Shown: piece after piece, positions 47,098 through 55,087 of the stretch
How positions within the stretch are numbered: position 1 is the stretch's first letter
Layout of the letters: each line of letters starts with the position of its first letter
NCBI GenBank assembly: GCA_029560465.1
Contig: JAKQKX010000062.1
Coordinates: 3,836-67,835, forward strand
From: Candidatus Omnitrophota bacterium
GTDB lineage: Bacteria; Omnitrophota; Gorgyraeia; Zapsychrales; JANLHA01
Reading direction: 5' to 3'
DNA length: 64,000 nucleotides
Notes under the pieces: model-generated
Database searches by the model: none
What the model was told of the DNA's origin: nothing
The model's input: the letters and a program-made list of their open reading frames with translations, nothing else
Program-made: the position numbers and the translations under genes

Positions 47098-49041
47098 ATG
47101 AAAAAAGGCCGTCTTTCATTGACCTCTGCGCTTCAGTTGCTGCATACGTATCTTTCTCCAGTTTTCCTTTTATTTTTTTTTGATGAGACTGTTGTCACAA
47201 CATACGTCCCGCCTGCTTTCGTGGCATCCCAGAAGCTTTTATTGGCGGGGTTATGTTATATCGGCAAGCTGGTTATCGGCAGCGGGATGTGCGGGACCAT
47301 GGCGGAATTGTTGTCCGGGGAGAAAGACAGCGTCACAATCCATGATTTCTGGGGGAATGTCCGGGATTTCTGGGCCCTGACGATGCTGATGCACGTCCTG
47401 AAGGTCGCCTTTCTTTTCCTCGTGTATTTTTGGGATCAGGCCGCGCAGCTGACTTTGTTGGGGGCGTGTCTGGATTTGCCCTTGCTTTTTCTGTTGAGTG
47501 CGGCGGTCCTGCATAAGAAATACCACGCTAAAACAGGGTTCCATTGGCGTGCCGGATCGTTCCCGGTCAGGGCGATGGGCCCTATTGTGATGATTTTTAT
47601 GTTTCAGGTGGCCGTTTTTTTCCCTCAGACGTATCTGCCGGACCTCCCGGATCAAGGGCACCTGTTTTTAATCCTTATATCTAAATATTTATATGTGCTG
47701 CTGTTTATCCTCATTACAAAATTTATTTTAGACGGCCTGCCGGCTGTCGCCAGTTTTTATTCTTCCCATCGAGAACTGCTTCTGATTAATCCCCTGGGAG
47801 GCGGGACGATATGGGAGGGGCTGGCGTCACTTGTTTTAAGGTCTGACCCGCCGGTTTTCACCGTTATCAAGGCGCTGACGCCCTCGCCATACACGATCAG
47901 GATGTTCTCCCGGGTTTTTTGGCGCAAGCGGTATTATAAGCCGGGAGTCTTGGTGGCGATAACGTGTTATTCCTGCAATAGTTTTGAGGCCTATAAAATC
48001 GCCAAGGAATTCCGGAAACGCGGAGCCCGGGTTGTGATGGGGGGGCCGCATGTCACCAGCTTGCCCGATGAGGCTCTGGCGTTTTGCGACAGCGTGGTGG
48101 TGGGAGAGGCGGAAGGTGTGTGGGCGTCGGTATTAGCGGATTATGAGAAGGGCGCGCTTAAGCCCGTCTATCATGCCCCTCCCTCTGAAACCCAGTTTAA
48201 TCAGGTGCATCAATATCTTTTACAGGCGCCCGCACAAGAAGTCATGGCTTATATGGAGACCAGCCGCGGGTGCAAATTCCATTGTTATTTTTGTGCCGTC
48301 TATAATATTTATGAAGGCCGGAGGAGGCAGAAGCCGGTATCAGAAGTCGTCGAACAGATCAGAAGGCTCCGCTCCAAGCACTGGTGTTTTCGTTTTATTG
48401 ACAGTAATATTTTTACGGACCCGGCGTATGCCAAAGAATTGTTTGAGGCGTTAATTCCATTGAAGATTATCTGGACCGGGAGCAGCAGCATTGACATCGC
48501 CGCGCACGAGGACTGTTTGCGGTTGGCGAGAGCCAGCGGCTGCATTGGCCTTTTGGTCGGCTACGAAATCTCCCAAACTTCTCCGGAGAAAAAACAGGGC
48601 GGCAAACTGAAGATGGCGGATAAATATCTTGAATACACGCGGAAAATAAAAAAGGCGGGTATCAACGTGAAAGGGCATTTTATGTTTGGCTTTGATTCCG
48701 ACCGTTTTAAGGATCTTCCGGCGTTGTGGCGGTTTTGCCTGTCTGTTTTTCCGTCGTGGACGGTCCTCAGCATCCTCACCCCGATTCCGGGAACTCAGCT
48801 TTTTCAGGATATGCTCACCGAGGGCCGGGTGATGAACGCGAACTGGAAGCGGTACACGACCTTTGAGCTGCTTTTACGGCCGCGTCAAATGGACTACGCC
48901 ATCCTGAAGGCGCTGTATCCATTCGCGAAGATGTTTTTTTTCTTCACGACGTCTCAAAACGGCTGGCTTTTGATCATAGCCGTCCTGTTAATCTTGAAAA
49001 TTTTTTGGACTATGTTAAGTCCGGGGTTTTTATCACCCTGA
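47098..49041 (+). CDS. Cobalamin-binding radical SAM protein with N-terminal multi-TM domain (paralog 1)
   Basis: About 220 hydrophobic aa; LLINP, VVMGGPH, DSVVVGEAE; SRGCKFHCYFC; VGYE; LTPIPGT; C-terminal TM. Confidence 0.85.
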   Translation: MKKGRLSLTSALQLLHTYLSPVFLLFFFDETVVTTYVPPAFVASQKLLLAGLCYIGKLVIGSGMCGTMAELLSGEKDSVTIHDFWGNVRDFWALTMLMHVLKVAFLFLVYFWDQAAQLTLLGACLDLPLLFLLSAAVLHKKYHAKTGFHWRAGSFPVRAMGPIVMIFMFQVAVFFPQTYLPDLPDQGHLFLILISKYLYVLLFILITKFILDGLPAVASFYSSHRELLLINPLGGGTIWEGLASLVLRSDPPVFTVIKALTPSPYTIRMFSRVFWRKRYYKPGVLVAITCYSCNSFEAYKIAKEFRKRGARVVMGGPHVTSLPDEALAFCDSVVVGEAEGVWASVLADYEKGALKPVYHAPPSETQFNQVHQYLLQAPAQEVMAYMETSRGCKFHCYFCAVYNIYEGRRRQKPVSEVVEQIRRLRSKHWCFRFIDSNIFTDPAYAKELFEALIPLKIIWTGSSSIDIAAHEDCLRLARASGCIGLLVGYEISQTSPEKKQGGKLKMADKYLEYTRKIKKAGINVKGHFMFGFDSDRFKDLPALWRFCLSVFPSWTVLSILTPIPGTQLFQDMLTEGRVMNANWKRYTTFELLLRPRQMDYAILKALYPFAKMFFFFTTSQNGWLLIIAVLLILKIFWTMLSPGFLSP

Positions 49042-49063
49042 TCATTCCGGCTGGCCGGCAAAA

Positions 49064-49096
49064 ACGGGATAGGAATGCCAGGCATCCCTGTCCCGT
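49064..49096. repeat. Imperfect inverted repeat between the two radical SAM paralogs
   Basis: ACGGGATAGGAATGCC-A-GGCATCCCTGTCCCGT. Confidence 0.55.
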
Positions 49097-49147
49097 ATGG
49101 CTGGGCGCGCGATGTTGGTCTGGGTACGGCGTTGGAAGGACACGGTC

Positions 49148-51091
49148 ATGAAAGAACTGCTGAAATGTTTCCGGGAGTCGTATCAAATCCTGCACTCGTA
49201 TCTTTTTTCGGTGCTCATAGTATTTTTTTGTGAAGGGGCCGTTATAAATCATTATTTCAGCGGGGCCTTTATCACGAGGCATGTTCAGGCTTTCTTGATC
49301 GCCGGAGGCCTGGTCAGGACTTTTTTTTACAGCGGGATTTTCGGGGCGCTGGTTGATTTATGCACGGGAGAAGAATACCGCATCACGATGGGGTCTTTTT
49401 GGCGGAACGTCAAGGAGGTTTGCCCTGTTTACCTGTTAGCCCAGGCCGTAAAATTGGCCGCCCTTTTCCTGCTTTTTTCCAGCGGACTTGATTTAGAAAA
49501 CGGGCTGGTCGGATTCGGGGTTGATCTGCCTGTCTTATGCTTGCTGGCTTTCGGAATCCTGTGGCGGAAAGCCGCCGCTCGTGGAATTAAGACGAAGGTG
49601 CTTCCGGCGATAAAATTATTCGATGCCGCCTTCATTATTTTTATATGGGCCCTTCAACTGGCGGCCCGCGTGTCCGCCCCGGTCTTGGGATTAGAGAACC
49701 ACTACATTGCGGGCGGGATTCTTGGGGCGGAGAAATATCTGAGTTTGTTGTTGTTTGTATTCATTGTGAAAATTTATATCAAAAGGGACCTTTCATTCGG
49801 GGAAATATGGAAGCCCAGGCAAGAGATTTTTTTTATTAATCCTCTCGGGGGAGGCTCTTTCCGCGAAGATTTGTCTTCGCTTCTGATCCTTTATTATCCC
49901 TATAATTTCCTTGTTTTAGAGGCGTTGACCCCGAAAAAGTACCAGATCCGGAAATTCTGTCGGGTCTTTTGGCGTAAACGGTATTATAAAAGCAATGTCC
50001 TGGTCGCGATCACCAGCCATACCTGCAATATTTCAGCGGCGTATAAAATCGCGAAAGAATTCAGGAAAAGAGGCGCTAAAGTCGTGATGGGGGGCTCCCA
50101 TGTGTCCTGCCTTCCGGAGGAGGCTTTGGCGTTTTGTGACAGCGTGGTGGTGGGAGAGGCCGAGGGCGTGTGGGAGGCGCTTTTAGCGGATTATGAAAAT
50201 AATGACCTCAAGCGGGTGTACCATGGGGCCGCGTCCGAGGCCCAATATAACAAGGTCCATCAATTCTTTTTGCAGGCGCCGGCCGAGGAGGTCGTGGACA
50301 ATTTGGTGACCACCCATGGCTGTAAGTTCAATTGCAGTTTTTGTGCCGTCCGCACCATCAATGAAGGCCGGACGAGATGTAAACCCGTGTCCCAGGTCAT
50401 TGAACTGATTCAAAGGTTTCGCCCAAAGCGCACGTACTTTCATTTTCTCGACAGTAATATGTTCACGGATCCGGCGTATGCCAAGGAATTGTTCCAGGCG
50501 CTCATCCCTTTAAAAATCAAATGGCGGGGGTGCAGCAGCCTTGATATCGCCGCGGATGAGGATTGCCTGCGGCTGGCCAAAGCCAGCGGGTGTGTCGGCC
50601 TTTTGATCGGATATGAAATCAATCAGGCGTCCCCGGAGAAAAAACAGGGCGGCAAACTGAAGTTGGCGGACCAATATCTGGAATATACGAGGCGGATTAA
50701 GAAGGCGGGCATTGATGTCAAAGGGCACTTTATTTTTGGGTATGATTCCGACCGTTGGAAGGATTTATTCGATTATTGGAAATTCTGTTTTAATATTTTT
50801 CCAAGCCACACGGGGTTTTCCATATTAACCCCCTTGCCGGGAACGCGGCTTTTTGCCGGCCTGTTGGCAGAGGGGCGTATTATGAATGCGAATTGGCAGC
50901 AATATACGACTTTACAAATAGTTTTCAAAACAAGGCAGGTGGATTTTAAAAAGGTCGGAATCTTTTTCCCGTTTATTATGATTTTATTTTACCTCACCAC
51001 ATCGAAAAACGGGTGGTTCTTGTTAGTGTCGTTAATATGCCTTGGCAGCATTGTCCTTAAAATAATGACAATGAACACCATGATGTTTTAA
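49148..51091 (+). CDS. Cobalamin-binding radical SAM protein with N-terminal multi-TM domain (paralog 2)
   Basis: Same architecture; VVMGGSH, DSVVVGEAE; THGCKFNCSFC; IGYE; LTPLPGT; SD GGAAGGA. Confidence 0.85.
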   Translation: MKELLKCFRESYQILHSYLFSVLIVFFCEGAVINHYFSGAFITRHVQAFLIAGGLVRTFFYSGIFGALVDLCTGEEYRITMGSFWRNVKEVCPVYLLAQAVKLAALFLLFSSGLDLENGLVGFGVDLPVLCLLAFGILWRKAAARGIKTKVLPAIKLFDAAFIIFIWALQLAARVSAPVLGLENHYIAGGILGAEKYLSLLLFVFIVKIYIKRDLSFGEIWKPRQEIFFINPLGGGSFREDLSSLLILYYPYNFLVLEALTPKKYQIRKFCRVFWRKRYYKSNVLVAITSHTCNISAAYKIAKEFRKRGAKVVMGGSHVSCLPEEALAFCDSVVVGEAEGVWEALLADYENNDLKRVYHGAASEAQYNKVHQFFLQAPAEEVVDNLVTTHGCKFNCSFCAVRTINEGRTRCKPVSQVIELIQRFRPKRTYFHFLDSNMFTDPAYAKELFQALIPLKIKWRGCSSLDIAADEDCLRLAKASGCVGLLIGYEINQASPEKKQGGKLKLADQYLEYTRRIKKAGIDVKGHFIFGYDSDRWKDLFDYWKFCFNIFPSHTGFSILTPLPGTRLFAGLLAEGRIMNANWQQYTTLQIVFKTRQVDFKKVGIFFPFIMILFYLTTSKNGWFLLVSLICLGSIVLKIMTMNTMMF

Positions 51092-51696
51092 ATAGCCTGG
51101 AGGATTTTGGAGAAGTGATAAATGTGGTGGCTCGAAAGGGTCCAGCTGCATAAAAGGAAGAGCAGCCCGAACAGGAACACCCCGTCTAAGATGTTGTTCG
51201 GGAAAAACGGCGAAATAAACAATAAAAACAGGCCTATTAATGCGGCCCTGAAAACATTTTCCGTGAAATAAATACAGTCGAGCAGGGAATGCGTGTTGTA
51301 TTTTTTGCTTAAAAGTTCCGTAAGGTAATACAAGGTTTTTTCCTCAAAGAAAAGCTCATCGAATTCCTCTTTAAGTAAAGTGCCTGCGATTTTTACGACG
51401 ATCTTTTTTTTAGCCCGTTGGTTCATGGTCAGAAGGCCGCTGAGTGGTAATATGGCCAGGAGAATCATCACCAGGTGATTCGCGATAAATGCTCCCAAGG
51501 AAAGCAGGATTAATATTTTATAGATGATTTCCAGCGCCTCTGTCATTTTTAAGGGATGCGCCAAGGCATGGAGGGAAGGGTGGCGTTCCCACGCGAGTTT
51601 AACCTGCGGTTGCCAGAGGAAGTAGTTGAGCCACTCAAATGTGGCAGAGTCATTTTCTATAGTATTAATAATAGTTGTATATGTAGAAACTTTCAT
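51088..51696 (-). CDS. Hypothetical membrane protein (about 4 TM), AT-rich
   Basis: 202-aa ORF filling the gap; two pairs of hydrophobic helices. Confidence 0.6.
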   Translation of the reverse strand: MKVSTYTTIINTIENDSATFEWLNYFLWQPQVKLAWERHPSLHALAHPLKMTEALEIIYKILILLSLGAFIANHLVMILLAILPLSGLLTMNQRAKKKIVVKIAGTLLKEEFDELFFEEKTLYYLTELLSKKYNTHSLLDCIYFTENVFRAALIGLFLLFISPFFPNNILDGVFLFGLLFLLCSWTLSSHHIYHFSKILQAI

Positions 51697-51918
51697 TATT
51701 ATTTTTATCTGTAATGATGAATTTTCTGCTTATATTGATATATATTATGGGCTTGTTCTTTATTTTGTAAAGAAAATAATTATTTTTGGGTGTTAAAAAC
51801 CCTGAATTGAATAGGTTCCATTGCTTGTCCTAGGTCGTCCGGGTATGTCCTCTTGACAAAACCCCTTATTTTATTGAATATTAGTATTATATTTAATAAT
51901 TTAATTGAGGAGAAATAC

Positions 51919-53871
51919 ATGCAAAAATTCATAATATGGCAGAGGAGAAGGTTAACCATCCTGGCGGTCATCTTGGTGTTGTCGTTCGGGGGATGGCATG
52001 GTGTTTTCGGGCAGGAGAAAGGGGAGGAAGGGCTGTACGAATGGCAGCTGCGGCCGTATAGTCATGTCCATCAGGAATATAATGAAAAAAGAAGTGAAGA
52101 GAACAAGAAGCAGGCTGAGGAAAATCTGAAGTTAAAAAAGAGCAAGCGGATGCTGAAGGAAGAATACGAGGTCTTGCAGGACAAGTTAAAAAGCCAGGAG
52201 CAGGTGAATGACGAGTTAAAACAAAAGATCGTAGAATTAAAACAGTTGAATAAACAGATCCTGGTTGATTTTAGAAAACGCCAGGACGAATATGATGAGT
52301 TGCAGGACATGTTTGTCCAGCAGCAACAGGAAAACGATTTGCTGCGGGACCGTATCGTTCGCCAGGAAGAGGATAACCGGCTTCAGGAGGAAAAGAACAC
52401 GCAGTTAGAGGAGACGAATCTGGAGCTGGTTAAGCAGTATGACCAGGCGGAGAAAGACTATAAAGAACTTGAATCTCTTTACCAGAGCCAGCAGACCGAG
52501 AATGAGGACCTCCGGCAAAAGACGGAAGAAATGGACGCGGAGAAAACCAAAACCCAGGCGCGGGTGAATGAATTGACGGCGGTGAATAAGCAGCTCAAGG
52601 AACAGTATGAGAGCCTGCAGAGCGAGAATATTGAAATAGAGACTTTGGCGAAAAATAAAGAAGACGAAAAGCAGCGCTATGAGCGGTTGATCGCTGAATT
52701 TGAAAAAGTTCAGGCGGATTATAATGAGATGGAAGCCCTTTTCCAGGAACAGCAGAAGGAGACGGAGGCTTTGGCCGAGAAACTCGGGGTCTTGGAAATG
52801 GACAGGAATGAAAAACAGAAACGGGCGGAAGAGCTGACGGAAAGCAATGCCATGCTGAAAAAAGAATATGATTCTTTAACGCAGGAAAATGTTGAGCTGG
52901 AATCTGTGACCAAAGCCCAGGAAGAAGAAAGCAAGAAATTAAAGAAACTGATAAAGGAATTTGAGAACGCCAAGGAAGAATATGACGAGATGGAAGTCCT
53001 GTTTGAACAGCAGCAGGCCGATAATAAGCGTTTGAAACAGCAGCTGGCAGAACTTGAGAAAGAGAAGAATGAAAAAGAAGGGCGCATGGGAGAGCTGAAA
53101 GCGCTGAATAAAATGTTAAAGGAAGAATATGATTCTCTTCACAAAGAGCAGGGAGAACTGGAATCTTTAGCAAAGGTCCAGGAAGAGGAAAATAAGAAAC
53201 TTCAGAAGATGATCAAGGAATTTGATAAAGTCAAAAAGGAATATGACGGGTTGGAAAAATTATTTATTCAACAACAGGCTGAAAATAAGAGGGTTAAAGA
53301 GGAATTGGGGTCCCTGGAAAAAGATAAGAATGAAAAGCAGGCCCGGATGGATGAGCTTAAGAATTTGAATAAAATGCTCAAAGGGGAGTATTCGTATCTT
53401 CAGCAGGAGAAAGTGGAGCTGGAAAGTTTAGCGAAAGCCCAGGAAGAAGAAAACAAGAAATTGCAGGGGCTGATCAAGGAATTTGATCAAGCCAAAGCTG
53501 ATTATGACGATTTGGAAACTCTGTTCAAACAGCAACAGAATGAGAACCGGCGCTTAACCGAGCAGCTGGCAGCTATGGAACAGGAAAAAGATGCGAAACA
53601 GGACCGTATGGGTGAATTAAAAAAGTTAAACGATAATCTTAAAGAAGATTTTCTGAAGATGCAGAAAGAGCAGACGGCCCTGGAATCTTTGGCTAATGAG
53701 CAGGAGCGGGAAAACAGGAAGTTGAAAGAACAGCTGGAAAAAGAAAAAGAGGATTTCGGTAAAAGGCTCCTGGATTTCTACAAGCAGGAAGAAGAGATAT
53801 TGAATCAGCGTATTGATGAATACCAGAAGCGCCAGCAGGAATTGAAAACGTTGATTAAGCAGCGGCAGTAA
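51919..53871 (+). CDS. Exported long coiled-coil protein with 87-aa tandem repeats
   Basis: SD GAGGAG; signal peptide MQKFIIWQRRRLTILAVILVLSFGG; E/K/Q/L-rich; GAATATGATTCT recurs at 52864 and 53125 (261 nt apart). Confidence 0.85.
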   Translation: MQKFIIWQRRRLTILAVILVLSFGGWHGVFGQEKGEEGLYEWQLRPYSHVHQEYNEKRSEENKKQAEENLKLKKSKRMLKEEYEVLQDKLKSQEQVNDELKQKIVELKQLNKQILVDFRKRQDEYDELQDMFVQQQQENDLLRDRIVRQEEDNRLQEEKNTQLEETNLELVKQYDQAEKDYKELESLYQSQQTENEDLRQKTEEMDAEKTKTQARVNELTAVNKQLKEQYESLQSENIEIETLAKNKEDEKQRYERLIAEFEKVQADYNEMEALFQEQQKETEALAEKLGVLEMDRNEKQKRAEELTESNAMLKKEYDSLTQENVELESVTKAQEEESKKLKKLIKEFENAKEEYDEMEVLFEQQQADNKRLKQQLAELEKEKNEKEGRMGELKALNKMLKEEYDSLHKEQGELESLAKVQEEENKKLQKMIKEFDKVKKEYDGLEKLFIQQQAENKRVKEELGSLEKDKNEKQARMDELKNLNKMLKGEYSYLQQEKVELESLAKAQEEENKKLQGLIKEFDQAKADYDDLETLFKQQQNENRRLTEQLAAMEQEKDAKQDRMGELKKLNDNLKEDFLKMQKEQTALESLANEQERENRKLKEQLEKEKEDFGKRLLDFYKQEEEILNQRIDEYQKRQQELKTLIKQRQ

Positions 53872-53895
53872 GGAAGAGCGAGTTTTTTTGTTAAG

Positions 53896-53928
53896 ACGGC
53901 CGGGGACTTTGTCCCCGGCCGTTTCTTT
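53896..53928 (+). terminator. Intrinsic terminator
   Basis: ACGGCCGGGGAC-TTT-GTCCCCGGCCGT-TTCTTT. Confidence 0.75.
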
Positions 53929-54087
53929 ATTTGCACGAAAAAACCACTGGCGTGAGCCTGTGGATGGAGTGCGTCCGATGTCGCGGTCGCGTATGATAGA
54001 GGCGACGTCCTGACGGCCGCGCCTGCGCAAGGTCGCTGAATTTGGTCCGTTATCTTTAAATGATGCCGGGAATACCCGTTTCCTTTA

Positions 54088-54116
54088 TTGCTTTGGGAGT
54101 TGTTCTTCTATATAAT
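54088..54116 (+). promoter_or_regulatory. Putative sigma70 promoter
   Basis: TTGCTT, 17 nt spacer, TATAAT. Confidence 0.55.
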
Positions 54117-54152
54117 AATTCCTACCTAATTCACCCATGACAAAAATTTTTT

Positions 54153-55082
54153 ATGGCCGATACCTCCAGAAAACAGATGTTTTCTCGCGGATGTGTTGTT
54201 TTTCCGCTTTTATTGACGGTGCTTGTTTTATTCACCGACGCGAAGACCGCTTATATCAGCCGCCTTAATTATCTGAAGAGCAGGGTTGAATATTATTTGC
54301 TGAATTTCCAGGCCGGGAAGGCCCTTTATGATCGACAGAATTTTGTCCAGGCGGCCCGGTATTATGAATTGCTGATCGCTAAATCAAAAGAATCTGATCT
54401 CTTTTATGCTAGCCTTGGGTTTTGCCGGTACCATTTGGGAGATTTTGACCGTGCGTTTCAGGCCTATGAGTTCGCTTTTTCCAGGCAGCCGCATATCTAT
54501 ACCTACGCCTGGGATCTGGGCATGATGTCCTATGCCCTCGGGAATTATTCAAACGCTGTGAAGTATTTGAATCAGAGCCTGGAGGAAGTTCCTTGGACGG
54601 CCAGATTGGTGGTAGGGCTTGCCGAACAGAAGAACACCCGGCAGGGGCAACCCGGTGGCGTCTCCGGCATCTTGTCCCGTTTTCGCGAAAGAGCGGCACA
54701 GGACGAGATTCACGCGATTCATATTCTAGCCCAGAGTTATGACCGGTTGGAAAATTATGGCAAGATGCTTCAGGTGGCCACGCTTGGTTTACGCCGACAC
54801 GGGCCGCAACCGCTTTTGCTTTTCGATCAAGCGCTCGCCTTGTTGCGGATGGGCCAGTATAAAGCCGCAGAGAGCATCTTTTCTGCGGCCATCGCTAAGG
54901 ATCCTTTGGGAGGCCGGGTGTATCATTACCGGTCTTTGGCCCGGAATCATTTGGCGGACACCGCCGCAGCAGAAGAAGATGAAGCCCTGGCTGTGCGGCT
55001 GGGGATGAAGGACCCGGACGAGAGGGAACGGTTCCCTTTACATATAAACTTTGATTTGATTTATCTCCTTTATCAATCTTGA
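54153..55082 (+). CDS. Membrane-anchored TPR protein
   Basis: N-terminal TM; YASLGFCRYHLGDFDRA, DLGMMSYALGNYSNAVKYL and similar repeats. Confidence 0.8.
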   Translation: MADTSRKQMFSRGCVVFPLLLTVLVLFTDAKTAYISRLNYLKSRVEYYLLNFQAGKALYDRQNFVQAARYYELLIAKSKESDLFYASLGFCRYHLGDFDRAFQAYEFAFSRQPHIYTYAWDLGMMSYALGNYSNAVKYLNQSLEEVPWTARLVVGLAEQKNTRQGQPGGVSGILSRFRERAAQDEIHAIHILAQSYDRLENYGKMLQVATLGLRRHGPQPLLLFDQALALLRMGQYKAAESIFSAAIAKDPLGGRVYHYRSLARNHLADTAAAEEDEALAVRLGMKDPDERERFPLHINFDLIYLLYQS

Positions 55083-55087
55083 GCCCC

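Noticed and set aside
45453-51900. Genomic island integrated at tRNA-Pro
   Set aside because: No integrase, and no duplicate of the tRNA 3' end was seen in the window
52300-53720. CRISPR-like periodicity
   Set aside because: The 261-nt period is a degenerate in-frame protein repeat with no identical repeats or unique spacers
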